A DNA stretch of 62,741 bases, counting the filler. It is 8 parts of 8 records of this genome, joined end to end, with 100 filler letters (N's around TTAATTAATTAA, not from the genome) between each part and the next. Parts side by side here need not be neighbours in the genome. Positions count along the whole stretch, not along the records: positions 1 to 13,049 come from SRR31147125_10208; 7 more parts are not named here. One strand, written 5' to 3'. Positions 1 to 13,149 of the stretch are shown in pieces. A model generated the notes under the pieces. That model worked only from the letters and a program-made list of their open reading frames with translations, had not been told where the DNA came from and made no database searches. Made by a program: the position numbers and the translations under genes. Each line of letters starts with the position of its first letter. The stretch's first letter is position 1.

Positions 1-416
1 AAACCGCAATTTTGTGAGAAACAGGTTGAAAAAACCTTTGAATATCTGCTCTTTTTTTAAAATTTCTACTTTCATAAATTTGAAATATCTTTTTTTTAGT
101 TCAATTATATTTAATTTGAAATATAATAAAATTAAGGAGCATATCCAATAGAAATACCCGGGTAGCAACATACGTGCTTTCTTGTCTGCAGTAATTATAT
201 TGAGCGGTTAACGTACCCGGGAAAAAACAAGATGTGCTATTATTTTAGTAATAATTTTTAGCAAGACTATGTATATTAGTCAAAATGAAAAGTTTTTTTT
301 GCATGGATTTAAAATCATTCTTAAATTGTTATGTATGTAGCTAAAAAAATGGCATAACATGCCATGGAAGTCGCACGGATTTTTGTACATCTAACACTAA
401 AAAAACGGAGAACAGA

Positions 417-1942
417 TTGAAAAAGTATGGTTTTGTGACAATATTGACAGTTTTAGCGATATCCCTGTTATTCTCCTGCGCCAGAGAACACAAGGGGGAA
501 ATGACTATTATTCATACGAATGATATGCACACACAGTTTATCCCATTGGATGCAACGTGGGTAAAAACATCGCCAAAGCCAAAGATCGGCGGGATGGTCG
601 CTTTGGAATATTTTATTAATAAAACAAAAGAAAAGTATCCAAACTCTCTTTTGCTGGATGCCGGTGATATCATGACTGGTACGCAACTTTCAAAAATTGA
701 GTCAAAAGGTGCTCTTGGGGGTGGATTTGTCGAGATGATGAATCTTTTAAACTATGATGCTTACACTGTGGGTAATCATGAGTTTGATGAAGGCCCGGAA
801 AATCTGTTGAAATTGCTGGACATTGCAGAATTTGATGTTCTTTCAGCAAATTTGTTTATTAATGAAAAGATGGTTGCTGAGGAACCTTATAAAATTTATC
901 GTGTTGGCAATCTGAGAGTCGGCGTTATTGGTGTCATACTCAATGATCTGGCCGGGGTTGTCAATAAAAAGAATATGGATGGCGTTCGCGTTGCGGATCC
1001 CATAAAAACCACACAGGAATACATCGATAAAATTGATGCAAAAACCGATTTGATTGTTGTTTTAACGCACCAGGGTTATGACGAAGATAAAGAGCTGTCA
1101 GAGAAAATCAAAAATGCGGATTTGATTGTTGGCGGCCATAGTCATACAAGGCTTACAAGGGCTGTTAAAAAAAATGGTATTGTGATCGTGCAAACCGGCT
1201 CCAAAACAACAAATTTGGGAAGAATTACAATTGACGTTCAGGGTGATTCCATTGCTGACTATGACTATGAATTGATATCCACGTGGGTGGATTCTGTGAA
1301 AAATCCGAATCCCGAGCTGGTCAATATGGTAGAAAAATATCAAAGCCAAATTGACAAGGAGTATAATGTTGTTATTGGACAACTTGTCCGGGATTGGAAA
1401 AAAAGAAATAATGAAGAATCAAATCTTGGTAATTATTTGACCGATGTCATGCGTAATACGACAAATGTTGATTTTGCTTTGTTAAACAGTGGCGGTATAC
1501 GAAAGAATGTACCAGCAGGACCGATTACGAAATTAAATATTGTGGAAATCCTGCCGTTTTCCAATAGCCTTGTCACATTTAAATGCACAGGAGAGCAATT
1601 ACTCCGGCTGATAGAAGAAAATGCCCGTGCCATGGTTGAGAATACACATGGGGTATTGCAGGTTTCCGGCCTGAAATACAGTTTTAATGTTGGCAGGGAT
1701 AACAAGATATCTCTGGCAAGCTCACTGATAAACGGCGAAAAAATCGATCCTCAAAAAAATTATTACGGCACGACGGTTGACTTTATTTTATATGGTCAGG
1801 CAAAAAAGTATTTTGGATTTGAACCAGCGGAGACCGAGCAGACCGGACGACTTTTATCTGATGTTGTGATCGACTATATTAAAAAAATCCAAATGTTGAT
1901 TCAAAAATTGAAGATAGAATAAAAAAAATAGACCGGTTTTAA
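417..1942 (+). CDS. Bifunctional UDP-sugar hydrolase/5'-nucleotidase, lipoprotein
   Basis: Metallophosphatase motifs HTNDMH, DAGD, GNHEFD, GGHSH; C-domain NSGGIR and LPFSN; lipobox LFSC. The ORF track ends at 1922, but adding one A in the run at ~1881-1887 gives a typical ending (KKNPNVDSKIEDRIKKIDRF*) at 1942. Confidence 0.9.
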
Positions 1943-1946
1943 TGCA

Positions 1947-3412
1947 ATGGAGGGAGAAATGTTATCGGGAAAAAGATTGAAAACAGGAGGCATTTTCATT
2001 ATTTCGACCATTTTGCTCTTTGTTATATATTGTGCCGTCAATCCAGTGACCGGAAAACGGGAATTGATGCTGCTGACAGAAGCTGATGAGGTAGCTCTGG
2101 GACAACAGACAGACCAACAAGTTATGGCTGAATATGGTCTTTATGATGATCCTGAATTAACAAACTATATTAACGATCTGGGTCAGAGGATGGCTAAAGT
2201 GACTCATCGGCCACAATTGAATTACACCTTCAAGGTTCTTGATTCCCCTGTCATTAATGCTTTTGCCGTACCCGGTGGATATGTTTATGTGACAAGAGGT
2301 ATACTGGGCTATTTTAACAATGAAGCGGAACTCGCCGGAGTTATTGGGCACGAATTGGGTCATGTTAACGCGAGACATTCAGCTGTGCAATACAGTCGGG
2401 CTCAGTTCATGCAACTGGGATTAGGGCTGGGTGTCATTTTGTCTGAAAAATTTAGGGATTATGCGGCTCTGGCCCAGTTTGGGGTAGGAATGTTGTTTAT
2501 GCGTTTCAGCCGGGACAATGAACGTCAGGCAGACGATTTGGGTGTGGAATACTCGATGAAGCTGAACTATGATGCAAATCATATGGCGAATTTTTTTGAT
2601 ACATTAGAGAGAATGAATCCCGGATCAGCGCAAAGTGGTTTACCCGGCTGGTTTTCCACACACCCCAATCCAGTAGACCGCGTCAAGGCTGTAAAGAATA
2701 AAAAGCTGGAATGGCAAAAAAAGTTGGGGAACGACAATTTAGTCGTGAACAGGAATGAATATCTCACCCATATAGATGGTATTACATTTGGGGAGGATCC
2801 ACGTCAGGGCTATGTTGATGGAAATGCTTTTTATCATCCAAACATGAAATTTACTTTTCCAGTACCCCAAAATGGAAACTTAACAATACCCCTAATCAGG
2901 TGCAGATGGTGTCAGAGGATGAAAACGCTGTAATTCTCTTTTCTCTGGAAGAGGCCGAGACTCCATATAAAGCTGCCCAGAAATTCACGCAGGAAACGCA
3001 ATCAACAATTCAGTCTTCTGACGCGATTTCTGTGAATGGTTTAGCAGCCCATAAACTTGTTTCCAATATAAAATCGGAGCAGGATAACATTCAGGTTATG
3101 TCCTATTTCATTGAATCAGGCGAGCAGATTTACGTTTTTCATGGCTTTACAAATGCATCCGCGTTTTCCGGAAAAAGTACGGTATTTTCACAAACAATGA
3201 GTCACTTTAACAAATTGAATGATCCGAAAAAGATAAATGTCAAAGCGGATCACGTGGAGATAAGAACCGTGAAGAAACAAGGAACGTTAAAAAATGTTTT
3301 AAAGAATATGGGCGGCAAAGAAGACAATCTGGAAAAACTCGCAATCATGAATGGTATGCAGCTGGAGGATGTTGTTAAGAAGAATAGTAAGATTAAAATG
3401 GTTCTAAATTAG
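1947..3412 (+). CDS. M48-family Zn metalloprotease lipoprotein (BepA-like) with C-terminal extension; split by a probable sequencing frameshift near 2866-2873
   Basis: CAVNPVTGKRE, NAFAVPGG, HELGH (HExxH), ERQAD, STHP. ORFs 1947-2933 and 2900-3412 overlap and read as one protein across the CCCCAAAA run. Confidence 0.85.
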
Positions 3413-3559
3413 GGATATTAAGTGAATTTTCCGAGTTTGTTCCAGCATATTCATGAATTTGTTTTAAATAAAATAAAGTTAACATTTATATCGTTAATAA
3501 TATATAATTCCAAAGTAGTTAACAAAATCAGAATAATTATCAGGTGAAAATGAACAGTT

Positions 3560-4216
3560 ATGAAGTGGTTAAGCATCAAAATGATCATAGCTTCTCTGAT
3601 TTTATGTTTGTTTTGCACTTGTTATTCTCCTCAGAAAAAAACTGAGGAGAATAACGATCCTTTCAAAAGAGTTCCCCTCACAGTAGACATTATTAAAAAT
3701 TATTCTATCACCCTGGAAGAATTGTCTCAGCTTCAGTATTATATCAAAGACAGCCTGGTTTTTGTGATAGACGACTCTGAAGTGAGTAAAGAGCTGAATG
3801 ATAATTTTCAATTTAAAGCCGGCCAGTATCCATCCAGAAATGAAATAACTATTGCTGCCAACAAACCGGGCATGGCTGTGCTCGTTTATCGGCGCTGGCA
3901 GGAGGAGGGACATTTTCTAAAAAGATTAGGAAATTCCATTTCAAGCAGAAGAAATGATATTATACTACGCGTAAGTTTTAATGATGATCCAAACAAGTAT
4001 CTTACTTTTGCACCGAATGATAACGGTGAGTACCTGCCTGAATTTGATTTCAGTTTGAGCAAGGTGAAATATGGCAAACATTTTTTACCGTTGAAAATCA
4101 GGGATGATAGTCTGGCTTTTAATCTCATGTTTGATTTTTATGAGACTAGAGGTGAAATAAAACGAAGAAGCGATTACCCGGCTGGCAGAGAGCATATCAG
4201 GGTAAGAGAAAAATAA
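3560..4216 (+). CDS. Hypothetical exported or lipoprotein
   Basis: 218-aa ORF with a hydrophobic N-terminus ending in Cys; no recognisable domain. Confidence 0.6.
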   Translation: MKWLSIKMIIASLILCLFCTCYSPQKKTEENNDPFKRVPLTVDIIKNYSITLEELSQLQYYIKDSLVFVIDDSEVSKELNDNFQFKAGQYPSRNEITIAANKPGMAVLVYRRWQEEGHFLKRLGNSISSRRNDIILRVSFNDDPNKYLTFAPNDNGEYLPEFDFSLSKVKYGKHFLPLKIRDDSLAFNLMFDFYETRGEIKRRSDYPAGREHIRVREK

Positions 4217-4250
4217 AAATTCATAAAAGCCACCCTGGTTGGTTGAAATA

Positions 4251-4288
4251 AAAAAAGCCCGGTTTCAATTATAAACCGGGCTTTTTTT
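4251..4288. terminator. Bidirectional rho-independent terminator
   Basis: AAAAAAGCCCGGTTT-loop-AAACCGGGCTTTTTT between convergent genes. Confidence 0.85.
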
Positions 4289-4301
4289 TGTTATAATAAC
4301 T

Positions 4302-6800
4302 TTAATTCTCAATTGCTTTTGGAGTTGTTTCCTCATCAGGATCTACCTCTACGGAGGTGTTTTTTGCCTCTGAGAAATCCAGGGCATCTCCTTTTTTCTT
4401 TACGCGAATGACGCTTCCATCTGTAAAACGGCCTTTTAAGAGTTCCTCTGCGATGGGATTTTCAATGTAACGTTGAATTGTTCTTTTTAGAGGTCTGGCG
4501 CCATAAATCGGATCAAATCCTTTATCGGCCAGGAATTCTCGTGTGCCTTTTGTCAATTCTATTTTAATATTTCGATCAGATACCTTATCTAACATATCGT
4601 TAATATCGATATCAATGATTTTAAGTATATCGTCACGTGTTAGCTGGCGAAAGACAACGATATCATCAACTCTGTTAATAAATTCAGGATTAAAAATGCG
4701 TCGTACCTGTTCAATAATTCTGGTTCTCATTGCTTCATAATCGGCATCCTGGTCTGATTTGGAGAATCCAAAACCACCGCCTTTGTGGATCTCTCTGGCG
4801 CCAATATTACTTGTCATAATGAGAACAGTATTTTTAAAATCTACTTTGCGTCCCAAACCGTCGGTAACATGACCTTCGTCCAGGATCTGCAACAGGATAT
4901 TAAACACGTCCGGATGCGCTTTTTCAATTTCATCAAATAAAACAACAGAGTAAGGATGACGGCGAACTTTTTCAGTGAGTTGACCGCCCTCTTCGTAACC
5001 AACATATCCCGGAGGTGCTCCTGTCAATCGCGAGACAGAAAATTTTTCCATAAATTCCGACATATCGATACGGATCAGGGCATCTTCACTTTCAAACATG
5101 TATTCTGCCAGTTCTTTTGCCAACTGTGTTTTACCAACACCTGTTGGTCCAAGGAAGATAAAGGATCCGATGGGGCGGTTAGGATCTTTTAATCCTGCTC
5201 TTGTTCGCTGGATCGCTTTGGATAATAAATCTATAACCCGGTCCTGACCGATAATATTTTTCGTTAATTCTTCTGTCATTTTCAATAATCGATCGGATTC
5301 GGTTTGAGCGACTCTTTGAACAGGTATTCCTGTCATCATCGCAACCACATCAGAAACATCTTCAGGTGTTGCAGAAGCAAAAGAACTTTCCTGTTCTTCG
5401 TTCCACCTGTTTTTTGTTTGTTCGAGATCATTGAGTAATGATTTCTCCCGGTCGCGAAAAATAGCTGCCTTTTCAAAGTTTTGAGACCGGACAACCGTAT
5501 CTTTTTCAGATCTTATTTTCTTAATCTGTTCTTCAAGATCTGTGATATCTTTTGGGACATTAATATTGGCCAGGTGAACACGGGCACCTGTTTCATCTAA
5601 AACATCAATAGATTTATCCGGTTGGTAACGATCTGTTATATATCTGTCAGAAAGTTTTACAATGGCGTCAACAGCTTCTGCCGTGAATTTTACTTTGTGA
5701 TGGGCCTCATATCTGCTTTGCAGACCCTTTACTATTTCATAAGTTTCATCCAGACTGGGTGGTTCAACCATGACTTTTTGAAAACGGCGTTCCAAAGCGC
5801 CATCTTTTTCAATAAACTGGCGGTATTCATCCAGGGTTGTTGCTCCAATACATTGTAATTCACCGCGGGACAATGCCGGTTTGAACATGTTGGAAGCATC
5901 CAGAGAACCGGAAGCGCCACCTGCTCCGACGATCGTATGTAATTCGTCAATGAAAAGAATAATATCTTTAGTTTTAACGAGTTCGTTCATAATAGCTTTC
6001 ATACGTTCTTCAAACTGGCCCCGATACTTAGTGCCAGCCACAATAGCGCCCAGGTCAAGAGTCACAACACGTTTATTATGAAGAATTCGAGGTACTTTTT
6101 TCTCAGTGATTCGTAAAGCCAAACCCTCGGCGATGGCCGTTTTACCAACACCTGGTTCACCAATCAACACCGGATTATTTTTCTTACGTCTGCTCAAGAT
6201 CTGTGCGACGCGTTGGATTTCATTTGTTCTTCCGATGATAGGATCCAGCTCTCCCTTTCGAGCTAACAGAGTCAGGTTGCGCCCAAAATGATCCAATGCC
6301 GGAGTTTGAGATTTGCTTGGTTGACTTTCCTGCTCTAACTGAGGAGATGAAGGAGGTGGTGCTCCCTGTAACAGTCTTTCAAGCTCCTCGTTAACCGCAT
6401 CATATGAGATTCCGAAACTTTTCAGAATTTGAGCGGCCAGGCCTTCTTTTTCTTTGACAAGAGCGAGCAACAAATGTTCTGTGCCAATAATATCGGATTT
6501 ATGCCGATCGGCTTCCACATAAGCGCTTTTTAAAATTTTCTCAGCCCTTTTAGTGAAAGGGATATTTCCGATGGTCATTGTGTCTCCAGAGGCACGGCCT
6601 GCATCTTCAACGGCTGTTTTTACTTCATCCAGGTCGCAGCCGAGTGATTGCAAAATTTCAATGGCAATGCCTTCTCCTTCACGGATAAGTCCCAGCAGAA
6701 GATGTTCCGTTCCTATATAGTCATGACCTAATCGCAAGGCTTCATCTCTTGCAAATTGTATTACCATCTGTACCCGACTGGAAAAATTATTACTTTTCAT
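4302..6800 (-). CDS. clpC: ATP-dependent Clp protease ATP-binding subunit ClpC
   Basis: Clp N repeats (GTEHLLL), two AAA+ modules ([16 protein letters not shown]), UVR coiled coil ([10 protein letters not shown]), GARPLKR. Start is ATG 6800 or TTG 6812. Confidence 0.95.
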   Translation of the reverse strand: MKSNNFSSRVQMVIQFARDEALRLGHDYIGTEHLLLGLIREGEGIAIEILQSLGCDLDEVKTAVEDAGRASGDTMTIGNIPFTKRAEKILKSAYVEADRHKSDIIGTEHLLLALVKEKEGLAAQILKSFGISYDAVNEELERLLQGAPPPSSPQLEQESQPSKSQTPALDHFGRNLTLLARKGELDPIIGRTNEIQRVAQILSRRKKNNPVLIGEPGVGKTAIAEGLALRITEKKVPRILHNKRVVTLDLGAIVAGTKYRGQFEERMKAIMNELVKTKDIILFIDELHTIVGAGGASGSLDASNMFKPALSRGELQCIGATTLDEYRQFIEKDGALERRFQKVMVEPPSLDETYEIVKGLQSRYEAHHKVKFTAEAVDAIVKLSDRYITDRYQPDKSIDVLDETGARVHLANINVPKDITDLEEQIKKIRSEKDTVVRSQNFEKAAIFRDREKSLLNDLEQTKNRWNEEQESSFASATPEDVSDVVAMMTGIPVQRVAQTESDRLLKMTEELTKNIIGQDRVIDLLSKAIQRTRAGLKDPNRPIGSFIFLGPTGVGKTQLAKELAEYMFESEDALIRIDMSEFMEKFSVSRLTGAPPGYVGYEEGGQLTEKVRRHPYSVVLFDEIEKAHPDVFNILLQILDEGHVTDGLGRKVDFKNTVLIMTSNIGAREIHKGGGFGFSKSDQDADYEAMRTRIIEQVRRIFNPEFINRVDDIVVFRQLTRDDILKIIDIDINDMLDKVSDRNIKIELTKGTREFLADKGFDPIYGARPLKRTIQRYIENPIAEELLKGRFTDGSVIRVKKKGDALDFSEAKNTSVEVDPDEETTPKAIEN

Positions 6801-7290
6801 ATCGAACTCCAAAAAGATACTTTATTCGGATGTATATTAAGAATCGAAGTGGACACCATTATCATGATCCTGTCCATACAAACAATTAAATACTAACTCT
6901 GCTTTTTATTATTTTGTTTCGTAAAAAAAGCCTTTCTACACTTGTGTAACTTTTAAAAACTGCATCTGGTTCCAAGCTTTACTTTGTAAACACTTTTGAG
7001 AACTGGATTGATTCCAAGTATTTTTAAATGCGGTACAAGTTAATTTAATAAATTTCATTATTTTTTCATACAAAAAAATCTCAAATAGAGACAACCTGTC
7101 TTTTAACGGTGACACCAGGATAACTAACTTTTAAGGTGTTTTCGTTTTTAAATGCAATGTTTACAGCATGTTTGTGTCTTGTGTTCAATGTACCCATTTG
7201 TAATAATTATTTAAAGGTCAAATTTCATGCCAACCTTTGTATTATTTTATAGTTATCTCTTATAGCTCTCAATCTTGTTTAATTATTCAT

Positions 7291-8006
7291 CTAGTTGACA
7301 ACAGAAGAAGAGGTTTTATTTATTTCATTTTTTATTTGGCCATCGTATAATTCAATGATTCGATCTGATCTGTTTGCCAGTTCTGGATTGTGGGTAACAA
7401 CGATAAGTGTTTGTTTGTGTTCCCGACTCAAATCCCACAACAGGTTGTGTAAAGCTTCCGCCGTATGCAAATCCAGGTTGCCAGAAGGTTCGTCAGCCAA
7501 TAAAAGTCTTGGTTGATTCACGATAGCTCTTGCTACAGCAATTCGTTGTTGTTCACCTCCTGAAAGTTCACTTGGCTTATGATGAGCTCTGTCTTTCAAA
7601 CCGACTTTTTCTAATAGTTCCAGGCTCCTTTTTTTAACACATTTGTATCTTTTCGGGCAATTCTACCGGGCATCATGATATTTTCCAGAGCAGTAAACTC
7701 TGGTAATAAATGGTGAAATTGATAGACAAAGCCAACGGTTTTGTTTCTAAAAGTGGCTAAATTAGTATCGTTAAATGTAAAAGGATCAACGCCATCAATT
7801 TCGAATTGGCCGCTTGTGGGGCGATCCAGAGCACCAATGATATGTAAAAAGGTGCTTTTGCCGACACCAGAAGGACCGATAATAGAGATAATTTCACCTT
7901 CATGCACCTCCATGCTTATTCCCTTCAGGACATGCAATGAGGTGGATGGACCTGATTTATATTTTTTGTGGATATCCGACACTTTTAATACGATATCTTT
8001 TTTCAT
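7291..8006 (-). CDS. lolD: Lipoprotein-releasing ABC ATPase LolD-like; split by a probable frameshift near 7629-7636
   Basis: GPSGVGKS and QFHHLLPEFTALEN in 7611-8006; LSGGEQQR, DEPSGNLD and VTHN in 7291-7599; break lies at a T homopolymer. Confidence 0.88.
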
Positions 8007-8100
8007 AATATATCAATCTCTTTTTACAATGCAACGGTTCTGTTGCGCTGCTTTTCAGGTTTAATGAAAAATGCAATTACAATGGTAGATAATGAAATCC

Positions 8101-9336
8101 TTATTTATCTCTTAATGACGTTATTGGATCCAGTTGCGCTGCTTTGTGAGCCGGGTATACAGCTGCCAGAAATGTCAAAAGTATTGCTGTAAGCCCAACA
8201 AATAGAAAATCGGTCCATTTTAGCATAATGGGTAACCAGCTAATAATGTAAACGTCTGCCGGTAATGCAAAAAATTTATAATGGTTTTGCGCCCAGCAAA
8301 GGGCAAATCCAATAATACTTCCGATGATGGTCCCTAAAATTCCCACAAACAAACCTTCAAATGTAAAAATCCGACGGATGCTTTTGGACGATGTGCCCAT
8401 GGATTTGAGGATACCGATTTCCTGGGTTTTTTCCATACTCACCATGATTAGTGTGCTGATGATATTAAACGCAGCCACCATAATAATGAGGCTGAGCATG
8501 ATAAACCCGGCACGTTTTTGCAATTCCATCCAGGCATAGAGATTTTGATTTCGTGTATACCATGAAACAGCGCGATAGGGATAGCCAAGTTTATCTTCAA
8601 TATTTACAGCTACCTGATCCGCAAGCTCGGAATCATCGAGTTTAATTTCAATGCCTGAGACTTTGGCAGGCATGTTGAAAAGGAGCTGGGCAGATTTTAT
8701 AGATATAAAGGCAAAATTTTCATCAAATTCAAAGAGTCCGGTTTCCAACAGACCGACAACCCGAAATGGCAGTTTTTGCGGCAGTTGATTAAAGTTTTTA
8801 ATACCCTCAAGGCTGGCAATAAGGACATCATCGCCAATAGACGCATGGATTTTGTTAGCCAGTTTGGTTCCGAGGATAATGCCTTTAGAGGCTCTTTTTG
8901 AATTCTCAGCTGTAAAATTCACGTCAAAATTGCCTGAAACAAGAAATTTTTCAAGGTCTGTCACTTTATTCGCTGTTTCGGGATCAAGGCCTCGAACAAG
9001 AATGCCTGTTGATTCTTTTCCGGATATGATTAATCCTTTACTGGCTATGTATGGGGTTGTTTCTACAACATGCTTTACACCTTTGATCTGGTTCATCAAT
9101 GGTCCAAAAGTGCTGATACCCGCGTTATGATACCGGCGTACCCGAATATGAGAATCAATACTGATGAATCGAGTGCTTACTTCATTGACATACCCGTTCA
9201 TGACGGATAAGATAATAATCAGGGCTGCTACACCAATAACAACACCGGTAATAGAGATAAAAGCGATAACCGAAACCAGGCCGTTTCTCTTTTTTGCTTT
9301 GAGGTGGCGAAAAGCTATGTAAAGTTCATATGGCAT
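8101..9336 (-). CDS. Lipoprotein-releasing ABC permease (LolC/E family)
   Basis: LSVMNG, AAFNIISTL, EIGILKSMG, YPAHKAAQLDP. Confidence 0.9.
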   Translation of the reverse strand: MPYELYIAFRHLKAKKRNGLVSVIAFISITGVVIGVAALIIILSVMNGYVNEVSTRFISIDSHIRVRRYHNAGISTFGPLMNQIKGVKHVVETTPYIASKGLIISGKESTGILVRGLDPETANKVTDLEKFLVSGNFDVNFTAENSKRASKGIILGTKLANKIHASIGDDVLIASLEGIKNFNQLPQKLPFRVVGLLETGLFEFDENFAFISIKSAQLLFNMPAKVSGIEIKLDDSELADQVAVNIEDKLGYPYRAVSWYTRNQNLYAWMELQKRAGFIMLSLIIMVAAFNIISTLIMVSMEKTQEIGILKSMGTSSKSIRRIFTFEGLFVGILGTIIGSIIGFALCWAQNHYKFFALPADVYIISWLPIMLKWTDFLFVGLTAILLTFLAAVYPAHKAAQLDPITSLRDK

Positions 9337-9369
9337 AAGAATGTCTACTTTTATTAATGATCACGTTTT

Positions 9370-10602
9370 TTATTCATAGCGTAATGCCGTTATCGGATCC
9401 AGTTTGGCTGCTGCTATAGCCGGATAGCTCGTGGCAATAAAAGTAATGAGAATAGCAGCGCCTCCAATTATGGTAAAATCAGACCATTTCATTACGATCG
9501 GGAGCCAGTTGATAATATATATTGAAGGCAGAGAAAAGAAGTGAAAAGTTAGTTGTGCCCAGCAAAAACCATATCCGACACTCCATCCCAGTATAGTGCC
9601 AACAGTACCAACAAAGAGGCCTTCAAAAGTAAAAATACGCCTGATACTTTTGGAGGAAGCGCCCATGGATTTGAGGATACCAATTTCCCGTGTTTTTTCC
9701 ATGGTCATCATAATCATTGTACTGGCGATATTAAAAGCAGCCACTAAAATGATCAAACTCAGAATGATAAAAGCAGCCCATTTTTCGAATTGCATGGCTG
9801 CAAACAAATTGGGATTAATATTAAACCAGCTCTTGGCCTGGTAGGGTTCTGGTAGTACCTGGTTTATTTTCCCGGCAATATTATAGGCTTTATTGTGATT
9901 GTCCGTACGAATTTCAATGCCGGTCACCTTTTGACCTAATTTAAATAATCTCTGTGCCTGTTCGATTGAAATATAGGCATAATTGTCATCGTATTCATAA
10001 AGGCCAGTTTCGAAATAACCTGTTACCTTAAATTGCCGGTACATGGGTGTCTGACCCATTCTGGTAATTCCGGAAAAACTCATGATAGTAACAGTATCAC
10101 CAATCGTGACGACGAGCTTGTCTGCCAGATTAAATCCAAGGACAATGCCGGACATGGATCGTTTAGATGTTGTTTTCACAGGTCCTAAATCCAGAGCGCC
10201 AAAGTTTATGTTTTTACCGATATCGGTTGCCAGAACCGCAGATTCCGGTTCAATCCCTTTTACGTAAATACCGGCACTCGATTGTCTGGAGCGGATAAGC
10301 CCTTTTTCACGAATAAAGGGAGCCGATGCAACCACATGTGGCGTGTTTTTTAAATCATCGATGATATTGGCATATTCTGCAAGCCCAGAATTCTCCGTAT
10401 TGTTAATTTGAATATGGGCGTCAACACCGATAAAACGTGAGCGGAGCTCATCTTCAAAACCATTCATGACAGACAGAACAATGATAAGAGCTGCTACGCC
10501 AATAGCCACACCGGCAATAGAAATATAGGTAATGAGGGAGATGAAACCTATTTTCCGTTTTGTTCTCAGATAACGTTTGGCAATAAAAAATTCATAACTC
10601 AT
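9370..10602 (-). CDS. Lipoprotein-releasing ABC permease (LolC/E family)
   Basis: MSYEFFIAKRYL, LSVMNGFE, EKTREIGILK, ALRYE C-terminus. Confidence 0.92.
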   Translation of the reverse strand: MSYEFFIAKRYLRTKRKIGFISLITYISIAGVAIGVAALIIVLSVMNGFEDELRSRFIGVDAHIQINNTENSGLAEYANIIDDLKNTPHVVASAPFIREKGLIRSRQSSAGIYVKGIEPESAVLATDIGKNINFGALDLGPVKTTSKRSMSGIVLGFNLADKLVVTIGDTVTIMSFSGITRMGQTPMYRQFKVTGYFETGLYEYDDNYAYISIEQAQRLFKLGQKVTGIEIRTDNHNKAYNIAGKINQVLPEPYQAKSWFNINPNLFAAMQFEKWAAFIILSLIILVAAFNIASTMIMMTMEKTREIGILKSMGASSKSIRRIFTFEGLFVGTVGTILGWSVGYGFCWAQLTFHFFSLPSIYIINWLPIVMKWSDFTIIGGAAILITFIATSYPAIAAAKLDPITALRYE

Positions 10603-10614
10603 GTATGCGAATCT

Positions 10615-12123
10615 TTATTTTAGGTGTTCCGGCCTCATTGTTGGAAAGAGGATGACGTCACGAATAGATGCTGCGTCTGTTAATAACATAACAAGTCGAT
10701 CAATGCCCACTCCCAGACCAGCAGTAGGTGGCATGCCAAATTCCAATGCTCTGAGGAAATCTTCATCCAACATATGTGCTTCTTCATCGCCGGCTTCTTT
10801 GAGTTCAACCTGGCTTTCAAAACGTTCCCGTTGATCAATAGGATCGTTTAATTCGGTAAACGAATTGGCAATTTCGCGTCCAGCTACAAATGGTTCGAAT
10901 CTTTCAACCAGTTTGGGATTATCACGATGTCTTTTGGCAAGCGGAGAGAGTTCTACCGGATAATCACAGATAAAAGTGGGTTGAATCAGGTTTGGCTCGA
11001 CTTTTTCTTTGAAAATTTCATCCAGTATTTTGCCACTGCCCCAGAAGGATTCTACTTCTACATTCAATTGTTTGGCGGCTTTAACCAGTTCGTCTGCATT
11101 TTTCTCGTATAAATCCAGACCAGTATATTTTTTTAATGCATCGAATAATGGCAAGCGTGGCCATGGTGGAGTTAAATCGATTTCCTGTCCCTGATAGGAA
11201 ATTTTGGATGATCCGACCACCTCTTTGGCGATACTGCTGATCATATCTTCCAGGAGATCCATCATGAAATGATAGTCCTCATAGGCCACATATAATTCCA
11301 TCATGGTAAATTCGGGATTGTGCGTTCTGTCTATACCTTCATTACGAAAGTCTTTGCTGATTTCATAAACACCTTCGAAACCACCGACAATAAGACGTTT
11401 CAGGTATAACTCATCAGCAATACGCATGTAAAGCGCCATATCCAAGGCGTTATGATGAGTTGTAAAGGGTCTTGCAGCCGCTCCACCATATATTGGCTGT
11501 AATATGGGTGTTTCAACCTCAAGATAACCACGACCATCCATATAGCGCCTGATGGAGGTTATAATTTGAGAACGTTTGATGAAAACATCACGCACCTCTT
11601 TATTCACGATGAGGTCCACATATCGTTGCCGATAACGCATCTCTGTATCTGAAAAGGCATCATAGACAACCTTTTTACCATCTTCTTCTTTTTCTTTGAC
11701 AATGGGAAGAGGTCTGAGGTTTTTGGTTAGCAGCTCAACCTCACTGACAAGAATACTAATCTCTTCGGTTCTTGTTTTGAAGACCTTGCCTTTGATACCG
11801 ATGATGTCGCCAATGTCCAATAGTTTAAAAACATCAAAAGAGTCATCACCAACCTGATCTTTTCGTACATATATTTGAATCCGTACGGCATCATCATCGA
11901 TGTGGGCGAATGCCGCTTTACCCATACGTCGAATAGCCATTAATCTGCCGGCGATAGACACTTCCTTATCCTCAAATTCGTCATATTTGGATAAAATATC
12001 TTTTGATGATGCAGATCTCTCAAATTTATATGTAAAGGGATTCACGTTTATATTGCGCAATTCCGCCAGTTTTGTGCGGCGGGATTTCATCACTTCATTC
12101 AAATTTTCTAATTCTTCGCTCAT
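10615..12123 (-). CDS. lysS: Lysine--tRNA ligase (class II)
   Basis: [46 protein letters not shown]. Confidence 0.97.
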   Translation of the reverse strand: MSEELENLNEVMKSRRTKLAELRNINVNPFTYKFERSASSKDILSKYDEFEDKEVSIAGRLMAIRRMGKAAFAHIDDDAVRIQIYVRKDQVGDDSFDVFKLLDIGDIIGIKGKVFKTRTEEISILVSEVELLTKNLRPLPIVKEKEEDGKKVVYDAFSDTEMRYRQRYVDLIVNKEVRDVFIKRSQIITSIRRYMDGRGYLEVETPILQPIYGGAAARPFTTHHNALDMALYMRIADELYLKRLIVGGFEGVYEISKDFRNEGIDRTHNPEFTMMELYVAYEDYHFMMDLLEDMISSIAKEVVGSSKISYQGQEIDLTPPWPRLPLFDALKKYTGLDLYEKNADELVKAAKQLNVEVESFWGSGKILDEIFKEKVEPNLIQPTFICDYPVELSPLAKRHRDNPKLVERFEPFVAGREIANSFTELNDPIDQRERFESQVELKEAGDEEAHMLDEDFLRALEFGMPPTAGLGVGIDRLVMLLTDAASIRDVILFPTMRPEHLK

Positions 12124-12224
12124 GTATCCTCACAATTCAAAAAGTAAAATTTAAAGGTAATTGAATACAACTATATTAATTTTTCTAAACAGCTGTTTTT
12201 TTTATATGTCCATCACAGATTGTT

Positions 12225-13049
12225 TCAGTCGTGTTTATATACGCGAGGCACTCTTTTTGAAACAGCACAAGTTACTTCATACGGAATCGTGTTCAGCTTT
12301 TCACTGATAGATTCTACGCTTATGGTCTCATTTTGCTGTCGACCTAAAAGAACGACCTCATCCCCGGCTTTGATGTTATCATCCTGTTCCAGGTTAATTG
12401 TCAGGAGATCCATTGAAACCTGGCCTATGGCTGAAAAATATTTGCCGTGAATAAGCACACTGGCTTGATTTGACAATAACCTGTTATATCCATCGGCATA
12501 GCCAACCGGAAGAGTCGCTACACGAATATTGTTTTTAGCGATAAAAGCGCGATTATAGCCAACACTGTCACCGCGGTTTATTTGTTTTATAAATAAAATT
12601 CGAGTTTTAAATGTCATGGCCGGTAAAAGTGTCACGCTTTTACTGGTAAACGAAGACGGATAGTAGCCATACAGCATAATACCCGGCCTGACCAGATCAA
12701 AATAGGATTCCGGAATATCGAGTACACCCGCACTGTTTGCGGCATGCTTTAGAGGTACTGAAATGCCTTTTGCCTCGAGTTGTTTTATGACCTGTTTGAA
12801 ACGAGTCAATTGCAGATAAGTAAAACTTTTATCCAATTCGTCTGCAGTGGCAAAATGAGTATAAATGCCAACAAGCTCAAGAGAGTCCTGTTGGGATACT
12901 TTTTCGATAAATGGGACAGCGGTTGTCAAGTTGCAGCCAACCCGTCCCATCCCGGTATCCAGTTTTATATGAACTCGTGCTTTTTGCTTACTTTTCAAGG
13001 CCGCATCCCGTAGAGCGAGAAATCCTTCCTGGTCATAAATCGTTGCTTC
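12225..13049 (-). CDS. alr: Alanine racemase, 5'-truncated at contig edge
   Basis: HIKLDTGMGRVG, THFATAD, HAANSA, VRPGIMLYG, VGYADG, SMD, IPYEV. Confidence 0.93.
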   Translation of the reverse strand, partial: EATIYDQEGFLALRDAALKSKQKARVHIKLDTGMGRVGCNLTTAVPFIEKVSQQDSLELVGIYTHFATADELDKSFTYLQLTRFKQVIKQLEAKGISVPLKHAANSAGVLDIPESYFDLVRPGIMLYGYYPSSFTSKSVTLLPAMTFKTRILFIKQINRGDSVGYNRAFIAKNNIRVATLPVGYADGYNRLLSNQASVLIHGKYFSAIGQVSMDLLTINLEQDDNIKAGDEVVLLGRQQNETISVESISEKLNTIPYEVTCAVSKRVPRVYKHD

Positions 13050-13149
13050 NNNNNNNNNNNNNNNNNNNNNNNNNNNNNNNNNNNNNNNNNNNNTTAATTA
13101 ATTAANNNNNNNNNNNNNNNNNNNNNNNNNNNNNNNNNNNNNNNNNNNN
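13050..13149. other. Artificial contig linker (N44-TTAATTAATTAA-N44); same linker at 20124, 25940, 35749, 41206, 49650 and 56823
   Basis: Identical 100-bp N-padded all-frame-stop spacer; genes are truncated at its edges and gene content changes abruptly across it. Confidence 0.97.

Noticed and set aside
350-364. Palindrome TGGCA-N5-TGCCA upstream of the nucleotidase gene
   Set aside because: Only 5-bp arms and a single copy; cannot be distinguished from chance.
7215-7233. Sigma-54-like TGGCAT-N5-TTGA on the minus strand upstream of clpC
   Set aside because: The -12 element lacks the conserved GC and is >400 bp from the start; insufficient support.
8101-10602. Two tandem LolC/E paralogs
   Set aside because: Ordinary heterodimeric Lol permease arrangement.
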